Shown piece after piece: positions 46,008-55,233 of a stretch of DNA of 64,000 bases (within the stretch, counting starts at the first letter, position 1; each line of letters begins with the position of its first letter). Below the pieces are notes generated by a model. The model did no database searches, was not told the DNA's origin, and saw only the letters and a program-made list of their open reading frames with translations. Both the position numbers and the translations under genes were made by a program. This DNA comes from a virus (lineage: Duplodnaviria > Caudoviricetes): the IMG/VR virus record IMGVR_UViG_3300043468_001158; one strand, 5' to 3'.

Positions 46008-46026
46008 AAATAGGATGGCAAATAAA

Positions 46027-46368
46027 ATGAAAAAGATACTAATTCTAAATCTATTAGCATTGATTGGATGTAGTAGTGCTGAAGAATTGAAGCATTCATT
46101 CAATCAGGTTTCAGGGCAATCTATTAGTATTATAAGATCTCATCCTGTTCGACAGATGACAGCTATCAATGGGAATACAGTATATGTTTATTCACCACAT
46201 TCTACTGAATCCAATAACTTGTCTATTCAAGTAAATAATAACAAAAGATTTCCATGCGAAATCTTTATAGAAGTCAATTCTGATAATATGATTATTGGAA
46301 CTTCTTATAAAGGTAATGCATGCAATTCTTTTTATGAACGAACAATGAACCCTTATTCAAATGATTGA
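46027..46368 (+). CDS. Lipoprotein
   Basis: MKKILILNLLALIG-C lipobox. Confidence 0.75.
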   Translation: MKKILILNLLALIGCSSAEELKHSFNQVSGQSISIIRSHPVRQMTAINGNTVYVYSPHSTESNNLSIQVNNNKRFPCEIFIEVNSDNMIIGTSYKGNACNSFYERTMNPYSND

Positions 46369-46702
46369 AACAAAACTTCTACAAGAATTCATTCCAAACG
46401 GTAGCTATAGCTTTGGGGCGACTCAAAGCTATTCTTCTGATGTCTTTGGATTTCGAACTGGTCCAAATGTATCAGTTCTTGAAATACGATATGCAGAACA
46501 ATACAATGTCATGATACAAGGAGAACTTCGAGTATCATCTGACTTTGATTGTTGGCAACTCTTGTGGAGGTTTAGACAGCTTGATATTCCTGACATCGTA
46601 AAATTGATGATGGCCGAAGTACGACAAGCTGGAATGGAGCAAGGTAAGAAGAAGCTTCGCGACGATTTGAAAGAACTTCTATTTCCAGAAAGGTACGTGT
46701 AA
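46361..46702 (+). CDS. Hypothetical protein
   Basis: Tiling ORF. Confidence 0.65.
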   Translation: MIETKLLQEFIPNGSYSFGATQSYSSDVFGFRTGPNVSVLEIRYAEQYNVMIQGELRVSSDFDCWQLLWRFRQLDIPDIVKLMMAEVRQAGMEQGKKKLRDDLKELLFPERYV

Positions 46703-46703
46703 A

Positions 46704-47144
46704 ATGAGCAAAATTGGTTCTAAGAACATTTGTCGAATGAACGAATACAGCAATGCTGCTTTTCTAAAGGCTCATTGCTCATGTCTTGACGATGACCATA
46801 TTCATACACTGATGATTGACTACGATGATGACCTTGATATCATTGACCTTATCATCTATGCTAAAGCATTCACTCCATATAAAGACAACTTCCATTGCAA
46901 AGGCTTTTGGGAACACTTTGTCTATTGGTACAAAGATAAGCGTCAAAGACTAAGCTGGATAATGGACATTGTGTTCAAAGGTTACATCCAAGTCGAGACT
47001 TCTTTCGAATTCCATGGCGAAGAACAGATTGATGACTATCTAACAACTGTTGCCAACGCTAAAGACCGCATTAGTTACAATGTCAAAATGCGAACCGCTT
47101 CACATTCTGACCATTTACACGACCATGAAAGTGTGGTAGAATAA
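46704..47144 (+). CDS. Hypothetical protein
   Basis: Tiling ORF; HCSC motif. Confidence 0.65.
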   Translation: MSKIGSKNICRMNEYSNAAFLKAHCSCLDDDHIHTLMIDYDDDLDIIDLIIYAKAFTPYKDNFHCKGFWEHFVYWYKDKRQRLSWIMDIVFKGYIQVETSFEFHGEEQIDDYLTTVANAKDRISYNVKMRTASHSDHLHDHESVVE

Positions 47145-47172
47145 ATCAAAAGTTGAAGGGAGGTAAAGTGTC

Positions 47173-47577
47173 ATGGGCACAAACTACTACGTTGATGATA
47201 GTCCAAGGTTCAAAACCTCTTCTGCTAAACATCGGTTTCATATTGGCAAAAACTCAGCGGGTTGGGAATTCGGTTTTAGAGGTTGGTCAAAAAGTTCTAA
47301 GTTCGGGAAAGAAATCGGAAGCTGGGCTCAATGGAAAGAACACATTATGAACATTGGTTTTGTGTATGATGAATATGGCAATCTATTTGATGCTGATACT
47401 TTCATTGAAAAAGTTGAAAACACAAAAGTTCCTTACCGTCATATGTTCACTAATGATATGGTAACTCCATTCAATCATTATGATTATTGTGTCATTCACC
47501 ACCCAGAACATATTTCATCTGAGCATGAATGGAAAGATGATGAAGGTTGGTCTTTTTCTTCTACGGAGTTTTCGTAA
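47173..47577 (+). CDS. Conserved phage hypothetical protein
   Basis: MGTNYY...HIGK.SAGW.F...DEYG. Confidence 0.75.
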   Translation: MGTNYYVDDSPRFKTSSAKHRFHIGKNSAGWEFGFRGWSKSSKFGKEIGSWAQWKEHIMNIGFVYDEYGNLFDADTFIEKVENTKVPYRHMFTNDMVTPFNHYDYCVIHHPEHISSEHEWKDDEGWSFSSTEFS

Positions 47578-47578
47578 A

Positions 47579-47896
47579 ATGATTACTATTGAAACTTACA
47601 AAGTCTTTCATCCTGGCATTCGACTCTATTCTAAAGGCGGAACTTATTGTCAATCATTATCTCCATGTCATTGGGGTAAGAAAGGTAAGACCTGGTCTTC
47701 TCAAGGTGCTCTTAGACGACATCTTTTCCAGTACTGTTCTGAAAATGGTTATGCTACTCAGGTTAGCATTCCAAAAGAATGGGAGGTTCATGCCATTACG
47801 ACCAATCCAACCACTGGAGTTTTAGAACTTGCAGTCTATAATGCAAGAAAGTTCTATCTCAAAACACATTTACAAACAGATGAAACTGTAGTATAA
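47579..47896 (+). CDS. Hypothetical protein
   Basis: Likely start MITIETYK. Confidence 0.6.
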   Translation: MITIETYKVFHPGIRLYSKGGTYCQSLSPCHWGKKGKTWSSQGALRRHLFQYCSENGYATQVSIPKEWEVHAITTNPTTGVLELAVYNARKFYLKTHLQTDETVV

Positions 47897-47897
47897 T
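47869..47897 (+). promoter_or_regulatory. sigma70-type early promoter for telA
   Basis: TTTACA-N17-TATAAT. Confidence 0.7.
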
Positions 47898-47930
47898 TAC
47901 TTCACTTACTTCAACAGGAAGACTAACACG

Positions 47931-49208
47931 ATGGCCGCTTCTCCTTTTACCCCTAAACAAGCAACGTCAGATTTTGTTCAACAACAGATGAAAGATAATC
48001 AGTTCGTAATCAATAAACCACAAACACCAACAACTCCTGTAGTCAAGACATTTGCTCCAGTGACAGCACCAACGGTGCCAATATCTAATGTGCAACAAGC
48101 ATTCAATCCAGTGTCTCCAAAAGCAATTGCAGAAACGGGTGCTTCATCACATCGAGTAGTCAATTTGCTTTCAACGTTTGACAGTTCAACAGGTATCTTG
48201 GATTTTGGTAAAGATGTCATGGCGACTATTTCTTCTAAGTCTGACGAAATGCTCAAAGAAGTCAAAGATGCTGATGTTGATTTTGTCGAAACCCAAATGC
48301 GAAGCATTTTGACAATGGCCAAATCTTTACATCTTCCAAAAGCTGGTGACCATTCAAAAGATGGTGCCGGCGGTTGGCTGACTGGTTTAGTTGCAAAAGT
48401 CAAAGAAAACTTCGTTGATACTAAAGAGCAATTGTTATCTGAATTCAACAATGTATCGACCCAAATGGACCGAGTGATTGGTGAAGTCGATCAAGCAAAC
48501 CGTCGTATCATTGACAAAGTCAAAGGTTTGCAGACGATGTATCAATCAAACTTGCAAGACTACAAGAACCTGGACCAATTGATAAAGGATGCTACTGAAG
48601 CATACAATATCAAAGTCGCTGAATATGACAAGTTGCAAGCTCAAGTGACTGATGCTCTTCAAGCTCAAACTTTACAACGTATGGGTAGTAATCTTGACAG
48701 GTTAGACAAGAAGATTGCTAACATGAAAAGCTTTCAATTGATGTGCTTGCAAGATGCTCCTAATCTGGCTCAAATGGAAGACAATGCGGTTACGTTGCTT
48801 GAAAAGTTTGATACCATCAAGACAATGACTATCCCACTTTGGAAGAAGCAGATTAGGATGTTTATCGACGGGCAAGAACTCAATCGTGCGGCAAAGCTTG
48901 CATCTGCTGTTGATGATGCAAACAATGCTATGATTTCTGCGAACTCGACTGCTAACAAGCAGAATGCAATCGAAACTACTCGATTGAATCAACGTGGCAT
49001 TGTCGATATGCAGACTGCAGAACAGGTTCATGAGAACTTACTTGCTACACTAGAAGAAGTCTCTAACATCAATGCAGCTGGCCGTAAGCAACGTATCGAA
49101 AGTTCTGACCGTATGGATGAAATGAAACGACTGTATGCGTCTATTGCATCAGGTCAAACATCTGTATCGGATGCACGTGGGAAAGTGTTACCGTCTTCAC
49201 AAAACTAA
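47931..49208 (+). CDS. telA: Toxic anion resistance protein (TelA/KlaA family)
   Basis: DFGKD...SDEML; coiled coil; TIPLWKKQ; EIQ/ANN-type C-terminus with L...LEEV..I...GRKQR. Confidence 0.8.
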   Translation: MAASPFTPKQATSDFVQQQMKDNQFVINKPQTPTTPVVKTFAPVTAPTVPISNVQQAFNPVSPKAIAETGASSHRVVNLLSTFDSSTGILDFGKDVMATISSKSDEMLKEVKDADVDFVETQMRSILTMAKSLHLPKAGDHSKDGAGGWLTGLVAKVKENFVDTKEQLLSEFNNVSTQMDRVIGEVDQANRRIIDKVKGLQTMYQSNLQDYKNLDQLIKDATEAYNIKVAEYDKLQAQVTDALQAQTLQRMGSNLDRLDKKIANMKSFQLMCLQDAPNLAQMEDNAVTLLEKFDTIKTMTIPLWKKQIRMFIDGQELNRAAKLASAVDDANNAMISANSTANKQNAIETTRLNQRGIVDMQTAEQVHENLLATLEEVSNINAAGRKQRIESSDRMDEMKRLYASIASGQTSVSDARGKVLPSSQN

Positions 49209-49211
49209 CCA

Positions 49212-49240
49212 TTTACTTTTGCCATCTTTTGTAGTATAAT
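49212..49240 (+). promoter_or_regulatory. sigma70-type early promoter
   Basis: TTTACT-N17-TATAAT-agacat. Confidence 0.7.
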
Positions 49241-49246
49241 AGACAT

Positions 49247-49606
49247 ATGAAAGTCAAACTATCAGGTAAGCAATACAAAGAATTCATGAAGGACAATGTC
49301 TTTTGGCCAGAAGGTTTATGGGTTGAAGAAGACATTCTTTCGGTTGATGATGAACCTGTTAGAGAAATTGATGAAGAGGATCTTAGCGATAGTGCAATCA
49401 TAACTATTGAAGATGGCTTTTTGAACTGTGATGATAATGCATCAGATAAAGCAAAAGCATGGCAGTTCAAATCATATCAACCGTTTATCAAGAAATGGTT
49501 ACAACAACAAACAAATCAAACACTGGTGATAGATGTTCCCAAGGAACAATACGATGAAGTTCTAACATATCTAAAAACTCATAAATGCAAAATCATACTA
49601 AAATAG
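49247..49606 (+). CDS. Acidic hypothetical protein
   Basis: First ORF after the promoter. Confidence 0.65.
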   Translation: MKVKLSGKQYKEFMKDNVFWPEGLWVEEDILSVDDEPVREIDEEDLSDSAIITIEDGFLNCDDNASDKAKAWQFKSYQPFIKKWLQQQTNQTLVIDVPKEQYDEVLTYLKTHKCKIILK

Positions 49607-50580
49607 AAGACATGCTTGAACAGTCATTTTGGGATTTTGATGCAGCACGCAAAGGTTATGGCGATTGGAAGAATCGTCCTCAATCAGAACGAGATGCATT
49701 CAAACAAATTGTTCGACAATTTGTCAAATTGGAATCACAATTTTCAGAAGTTGTTCTTGCTCCACCAGAACCACCACCTTGTCGTATCTTACGAGAAGGG
49801 TGTATTGATACTTGCCAAATATGTGGAAGTTCTATCAAGCATAATTGGTATGGGAAGAAGTTAGGTTGTATTCAACCTCAATGCAGTAATTTTATAAACA
49901 TAAGGTATAAACATATGGCTATTGATATAAACAAACGTGTTGCATCTGTCGGCATTGTTCTTGAAAAACGCAAGATGAACAACATTCCGTGTCAAGTCAA
50001 ACTTTGCATTGACAAATCTGGTTCAATGCAAAACTTGTATAACGATGGCACGGTACAAGATGTGGTTGAACGAGTTCTTGCGATTTCACTCAAAGTTGAC
50101 CAAGACGGAACTGTTGATGTATTTGCATTCCACAACAAAACTCAAGCTGTCAAAGCGGTGACACTTCCTTTGATGGAAAACTATGTCAAAAAAGAAATCG
50201 AAGACAAGATGGGTTGGGGTGGTACTTCTTATGCACCGGCCTTTGAAGCAATCGTCAATTCTTCTAAAGGTAAGAAAGGTTTGTTCGGCTTTGGTGCTAA
50301 ACCTGCTGATCCTACTCTGGCTATCTTCATTACTGATGGCGAAAATGATGATGCTCGTGAAGCTGAAAAAGTCATCAAAGATTCACAATCTGAAAACATC
50401 TATTGGTTGTTGATGGGTATTGGTAGTGCAAACTTTAGGTTCATCGAACAACTCGGCGACAAATATCCCAATGCTGGTTTTGTTCCAGTCAATGACATCA
50501 GTGCTATTGATGATGACGATTTATTTGAAGCGATGTTGAATGAAGAACTTGCAACATGGTTTCAAAAATTCAAAAAATAA
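49585..50580 (+). CDS. Ter-associated vWA domain protein (the vWA part starts at the ATG at 49915)
   Basis: MIDAS DKSGS...GGTSY...FITDGE; N-terminal 110 aa look unrelated. Confidence 0.85.
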   Translation: MQNHTKIEDMLEQSFWDFDAARKGYGDWKNRPQSERDAFKQIVRQFVKLESQFSEVVLAPPEPPPCRILREGCIDTCQICGSSIKHNWYGKKLGCIQPQCSNFINIRYKHMAIDINKRVASVGIVLEKRKMNNIPCQVKLCIDKSGSMQNLYNDGTVQDVVERVLAISLKVDQDGTVDVFAFHNKTQAVKAVTLPLMENYVKKEIEDKMGWGGTSYAPAFEAIVNSSKGKKGLFGFGAKPADPTLAIFITDGENDDAREAEKVIKDSQSENIYWLLMGIGSANFRFIEQLGDKYPNAGFVPVNDISAIDDDDLFEAMLNEELATWFQKFKK

Positions 50581-50583
50581 TTT

Positions 50584-50850
50584 ATGACTAATTCAGATAG
50601 ACGTTTTGAACTAGGTCTATCTTCGCTATCAGCTTTTATTCTGGCATTTTCACTCGACCCGCTTATCGGTAGTTTGTTGAGTATTATTGTTGGAATAACA
50701 GCTGGAGTTTTGATGAAGGCGAAGTTTGCTTTCATTCTTGCTATTTCAGTATTAGCGTGGATGGTGTTGATAACTACTTTTGGTTTGATGGTGACAGTTA
50801 TTTCGATGATTGTTATTTTAGCTTTACTTTATACGCTATTACCAATTTAA
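50584..50850 (+). CDS. Three-TM membrane protein
   Basis: Almost wholly hydrophobic. Confidence 0.7.
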   Translation: MTNSDRRFELGLSSLSAFILAFSLDPLIGSLLSIIVGITAGVLMKAKFAFILAISVLAWMVLITTFGLMVTVISMIVILALLYTLLPI

Positions 50851-50877
50851 TTTTTACAAATAAAAGAGGAAAATCTG

Positions 50878-51912
50878 ATGTTGAAATATTTTACGAGTTC
50901 GTTTTGGGTTGCTGGAATCGGTTTAGGTCTGGCTTTTTGGATTGGTGGCGTTCAAGCTCTTTGGATTGCTACAGTTCTATCAGTTCTTGAAGTAAGTTTG
51001 AGTTTTGATAACGCGGTTGTCAATGCTCAGGTGCTTAAGGATATGGATGCAGTATGGCGACATCGCTTCATTACGTGGGGTATGGCTATTGCAGTATTTG
51101 GTATGCGAATGCTCTTCCCACTTATCATTGTATCGATTGCATTAGGTATCAATCCAATAGCATCTTTCTTGTTAGCAGTAGCTGAACCTGAACAATATGC
51201 TCATGCTCTCGAATCAGTGCATACATCGGTCATGGGTTTTGGTGGAACATTCCTCATGATGGTCGCCTTCAAGTTCTTTATTGACGATGAAAAAGAAGTT
51301 CATTGGTTACGTCAAGTAGAATCAAAGCTGACTTTTCTTGGAAAGATTGAAGCTGTACAAGCTGCAATGACATTAGTCTTAGTATTCTTTACTTCTAAAA
51401 TCATTGGGTACTTACACGGTTCTGAAGATGAATTGTCATTCTTAATAGCAAGTATTTGGGGCTTAGTGACTTACATTTTGGTTGATGGTATTGAAGCATT
51501 CATTGGCGTTGAAGAAGGTGATGCAACTATGGCAGTTGCAAAATCTGGGTTAGCAAGCTTCTTATATCTTGAAGTGTTAGATGCTAGCTTCTCATTTGAT
51601 GGTGTTCTTGGTGCTCTTGCTTTATCTAACAACATCTTTATCATTATGATTGGTTTAGGTATTGGTGCTATGTTTGTCCGAAGCTTGACATTGCTAATGG
51701 TTGATAAAGGTACAGTTGATCAGTATCGTTATTTGGAACACGGTGCCTTCTGGGCAATCTTAGGATTGGCGGTCATTATGTTCATCAATACTGTATTCGA
51801 AATCCCTGAAACAATCACTGGTTTGATAGGTGCTGCGTTTATTGGTGCTTCAATTCTATCTTCAGTCAAACACAACAAATCTGCAATTGGCGGAATAGTT
51901 ACTAATGGTTAA
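50878..51912 (+). CDS. DUF475 / TerC-like integral membrane protein
   Basis: LEVSLSFDNAVVNA, YLEVLDASFSFDGV, YLEHGAFWAI. Confidence 0.9.
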   Translation: MLKYFTSSFWVAGIGLGLAFWIGGVQALWIATVLSVLEVSLSFDNAVVNAQVLKDMDAVWRHRFITWGMAIAVFGMRMLFPLIIVSIALGINPIASFLLAVAEPEQYAHALESVHTSVMGFGGTFLMMVAFKFFIDDEKEVHWLRQVESKLTFLGKIEAVQAAMTLVLVFFTSKIIGYLHGSEDELSFLIASIWGLVTYILVDGIEAFIGVEEGDATMAVAKSGLASFLYLEVLDASFSFDGVLGALALSNNIFIIMIGLGIGAMFVRSLTLLMVDKGTVDQYRYLEHGAFWAILGLAVIMFINTVFEIPETITGLIGAAFIGASILSSVKHNKSAIGGIVTNG

Positions 51913-52327
51913 ACTAACAGGAAGAATCTTAATCGCTGATGAAGTCAATAGTAATCAGCGAATTTATCCAAAATCAGTTCTTGAAAAGATAGTTGAAGAG
52001 TGTAAAGATAAACCAATGCTTGGCCAGCTTGGAATGCCATATTGGCCAAAGACTTCAGTTGATTTAGATAGAGCAGCATTCAAATGTGAAAACTTTAGAA
52101 TGGACGGAAATGAATTGAAATGCGATATTGAATCACTTGATACTTTTCATGGTAAATTGTTTGAAGATATGGCTCAAAAAATACCGTTAGCATATTCAAG
52201 TATTGGTGTTGCAACAACTTCAACTGATGGTATTGTTGGTGATGATTTTCGTCTAACGGGAATAGCTGCAATTTCAGAACCTGATTGGTCTTTTTCAAAA
52301 ATAGGTAAAAACAATGACAACAAGTAA
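51905..52327 (+). CDS. Degenerate T4 gp21-like prohead protease paralogue
   Basis: ADEVNSNQRIYPKSVLEK...LGQLGMP...AYSSIG...FRLTGIAAISEP aligns with gp21 (from memory) but lacks the catalytic His and Asp. Confidence 0.7.
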   Translation: MVKLTGRILIADEVNSNQRIYPKSVLEKIVEECKDKPMLGQLGMPYWPKTSVDLDRAAFKCENFRMDGNELKCDIESLDTFHGKLFEDMAQKIPLAYSSIGVATTSTDGIVGDDFRLTGIAAISEPDWSFSKIGKNNDNK

Positions 52328-52880
52328 AAATGTAATTTCGCTCGAAAAGAAACAAACAGTCAATCTAACTAAAGCATCTGACTATCTTTCAAAAGTAAAG
52401 GTTAGGATGTCATGGGTCACCCCTACTAATGTCTTCCCTAAGTATGACTTAGATATCTCAGCCTTTCTATTGGGTGCTGATGGTAAGCTTTTATCTGAAG
52501 AAGGTTTCGTCTTCTTCAATCAAGAAGCTACACCAGACCGTTCAGTGTGGAAAACTGAAGATGAACTGTCAGGCGGTTTCGAAGAGCTTTATATCGACAT
52601 CAAAAAGCTTTCTGAAGCGGTCAAAGAAATTAGCTTGGTATCAACCATTCATAAAGCTGAACCCCGCAAGCAATCATTTGATCAGGTCAAAGATGCAAAG
52701 TTGGAAATCTTTGACCAAAATGATCAACCAATTGCGTTGTTCAACCTTGACACCTTAGCTCCTGGTTCTTGGGCAATTCAAGTCGGTTCTTTCTATCAAA
52801 CTGATGAAGGCTTTACTTTCCAAGGTATAGGTCAAGGTTTTCAGCTGGAACTTGTAGCATTTTTTGAAGGCTACAAGTAA
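52314..52880 (+). CDS. terD: TerD-family protein
   Basis: YDLDISAFLLGADGK...FVFFN...EELYIDI...SFDQVKDA...FQGIGQG. Confidence 0.85.
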   Translation: MTTSKNVISLEKKQTVNLTKASDYLSKVKVRMSWVTPTNVFPKYDLDISAFLLGADGKLLSEEGFVFFNQEATPDRSVWKTEDELSGGFEELYIDIKKLSEAVKEISLVSTIHKAEPRKQSFDQVKDAKLEIFDQNDQPIALFNLDTLAPGSWAIQVGSFYQTDEGFTFQGIGQGFQLELVAFFEGYK

Positions 52881-53047
52881 GTCTAACTTGGCACAATGAC
52901 AAAAGTTTAGAGTATAATATAACTTCAATGAAACATTGTTCTAACTATACTGAATAATAAACACGGTGACCGTTATGTAATACTCTAATTGATTTTTCGT
53001 ACAAAACATAAAATTTTGATAAAACATAAAAACGAGGAAATACTCAT

Positions 53048-53614
53048 ATGGCTATAAATCTGAACAAATCTGAAGGCAGTTCAATCAATTTGACCAAATC
53101 TGCTCCAGCTCTAAAAAACATTACGGTTCATTTGTGGTGGAATGGCAACGTCAATCCAATTGACCTGGATGTATCTGCTTTCATTTTGACCAATACTCCA
53201 AATGGCCCTAAGCTGATTGGCGATGAATACTTGGTCTTCTTCAACAATGAAACACCGGCTCATGGCATTGCATGGAAAACCAAAGACGAACGTGGTAGTG
53301 GTGTTGAAGAACTCTACATCAATATCGATAAGTTGGCTGCTCAAGCCAATGCTGATGAAGTGTCGATTGTCGTAACAATCGACAAAGCTAAAGAACGTGG
53401 CCATACTTTTGGTCAAATTACTGAAGCTGGTATTAAAATCCTGAATGCTGATACAGGTGAAGAAATTGCATTCTATGACCTTGACGAACAAGGTGCTGGT
53501 GCTACTGCTTGCCAAGTCGGTTCATTCTTCAAACAAAATGGTGAATTTACTTTCGCTGGTGTTGGTGCTATGTTTGACATCGGTTTGGGTGAATTTGTCG
53601 GTGGCTATAGCTAA
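53048..53614 (+). CDS. terD: TerD-family protein
   Basis: MAINLNK...INLTK, DLDVSAFIL, VFFNN, TFGQI, FYDL. Confidence 0.85.
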   Translation: MAINLNKSEGSSINLTKSAPALKNITVHLWWNGNVNPIDLDVSAFILTNTPNGPKLIGDEYLVFFNNETPAHGIAWKTKDERGSGVEELYINIDKLAAQANADEVSIVVTIDKAKERGHTFGQITEAGIKILNADTGEEIAFYDLDEQGAGATACQVGSFFKQNGEFTFAGVGAMFDIGLGEFVGGYS

Positions 53615-53660
53615 TAAGAATGATCATTCAGTTTCCAAAATCAAAACTGAATAGAAACGT

Positions 53661-53684
53661 AAGGATGGATGAAAGTCCATCCTT
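53661..53684 (+). terminator. Rho-independent terminator
   Basis: aaggatggat-GAAA-gtccatcctt, followed by a T-rich tail. Confidence 0.7.
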
Positions 53685-53739
53685 TGTTCTTTCGAATAAT
53701 GTCATTTGTTGGTTTTCCTATAAACGTAAAAAATTGTTT

Positions 53740-53747
53740 GATAAATA
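53740..53747 (+). promoter_or_regulatory. Late-type promoter GATAAATA
   Basis: Upstream of 53783; same context as 3740. Confidence 0.55.
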
Positions 53748-53782
53748 CAGATTGAATCAAACACAATTATAGGAGAACTACA

Positions 53783-54076
53783 ATGTTCAAAACTGCAATA
53801 CTAAAACTACTTGGCGAACTTGGCGACTTTTTAGCCGTTCTTTTCAAATCTGGTATTCAAAAAGAACTCAAGATTCTTTTACCAATTGCTCTAAAAGCTG
53901 TAAAAGAAGTAGCATCTGATATCACATTAGTGACCGGCGATGCTAAGTTCAATGCCGCTTTTGATATCATTGGAAAAGAACTTGGAAGCCAACAATCAGC
54001 AATTGGCCGTTCGCTTGTTAATCTTGCAATCGAGTTAGCATACCAAAAATTCTTGGATGCAGCTCCTACCAAATAA
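53783..54076 (+). CDS. Small late protein, weak resemblance to LL-H-type holins
   Basis: GDAKFNAAF...VNLAIELAY; AGGAG RBS; no strong TM segment. Confidence 0.4.
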   Translation: MFKTAILKLLGELGDFLAVLFKSGIQKELKILLPIALKAVKEVASDITLVTGDAKFNAAFDIIGKELGSQQSAIGRSLVNLAIELAYQKFLDAAPTK

Positions 54077-54097
54077 CCATATTCTCTACAAAGTATT

Positions 54098-54280
54098 ATG
54101 AACAAAAAAGAATCAGACCGTCTAAAGGCAGCAGCCAGAAAAGTATCAAAGATTGATACCGCAACCAATGTAAACCAACCTGCAATGCCTTCTAATGATG
54201 GAAGTCTTTGTTGTGGAGCAATACATCCATGGATTGTTTGGGGAACAGCTTTAGTAATAATGTTATTCATTATCATCTAA
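54098..54280 (+). CDS. Small protein with C-terminal TM helix
   Basis: WIVWGTALVIMLFIII. Confidence 0.55.
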   Translation: MNKKESDRLKAAARKVSKIDTATNVNQPAMPSNDGSLCCGAIHPWIVWGTALVIMLFIII

Positions 54281-54420
54281 GTAAAGACTAAAGGTTATAC
54301 AGGGCTGCCGGGTTTCATCCTTAAAACGTCACGGCAGCACAACTCTTTTCTATTGGCTCAAATAAATTTCTAAGACGTTAGCCAGTCGTCTTGTCAAAAT
54401 CGACAAAGGAGTATCATCTC

Positions 54421-55200
54421 ATGGTCTATAAAAAGAACTTCGCTCTTGCGATAAAAGCACACGGCAAAATCCTACGTGAAAGTGGAGAACAAGTCTTCCT
54501 ACCTTATGGTTGCGAATACTCTATCGTTCTCAAAAATCTACATTCCAAAAAAGCTTCTGTCAAGGTTTGGATTGATGGACAGTTAGTCACTGAAGGCTGT
54601 TCGCTAATCATCAAACCAAATGAATCTATTGACTTAGAACGATTCATTAGAAATGGTAATCTTACTTCAGTTGGCAATCGATTCAAGTTCATTGAAAGAA
54701 CTGAATCAATTGAAAATCATCGCGGCATTAAGATTGATGATGGTCTTGTTCGAATTGAATACCAGTTCGAAAGACAAGTGCAGCCAATTCCGACACCAAT
54801 GATGCAACCAACTTATCGTCATTATCCACCTGTTTGGACATCAACTGTTCGTGGAATGGTACCAGGTCAATCAATTGGTGATGAAGGATTTTTTGGTGGC
54901 CAAGTATCAGAAATTTTAGCTTGTAACGCTCACTCGTCAGTAGCATCGGTATCAAATGTCGGTATCACTGTTGAAGGTAGTATCTCTGACCAAGCATTTG
55001 AAACCTGTCTGCCACTTTGGTTAGAAGATGAAGTTCATGCAATGACACTTCAGCTAGTTGGAGAAGTAGCACAAAGTGGGGTAAGAGTTGAAAAGCCTAT
55101 CACCGTAAAAGCTAAACCGACTTGCAAGACTTGTGGAAAGTTGAATAAAGCTACATCAAAGTTTTGTAGTAATTGTGGAACTTCTCTTCAAATTGTATAA
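54421..55200 (+). CDS. Conserved jumbo-phage protein with C-terminal Zn ribbon
   Basis: GKILRE...LPYGCEYSIVLKN...WIDG...RFKFIER; CKTCG...FCSNCG; AAGGAG RBS supports the ATG at 54421. Confidence 0.8.
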   Translation: MVYKKNFALAIKAHGKILRESGEQVFLPYGCEYSIVLKNLHSKKASVKVWIDGQLVTEGCSLIIKPNESIDLERFIRNGNLTSVGNRFKFIERTESIENHRGIKIDDGLVRIEYQFERQVQPIPTPMMQPTYRHYPPVWTSTVRGMVPGQSIGDEGFFGGQVSEILACNAHSSVASVSNVGITVEGSISDQAFETCLPLWLEDEVHAMTLQLVGEVAQSGVRVEKPITVKAKPTCKTCGKLNKATSKFCSNCGTSLQIV

Positions 55201-55203
55201 ATA
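55196..55203 (+). promoter_or_regulatory. T4-type late promoter TATAAATA
   Basis: Exact consensus. Confidence 0.6.
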
Positions 55204-55233
55204 CAATACACTTTTATGTAAGGAGAATAACCA

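Noticed and set aside
53783-54076. Confident holin call
   Set aside because: It lacks a clear TM helix and is far from the spanins, so it is kept only as a low-confidence resemblance.
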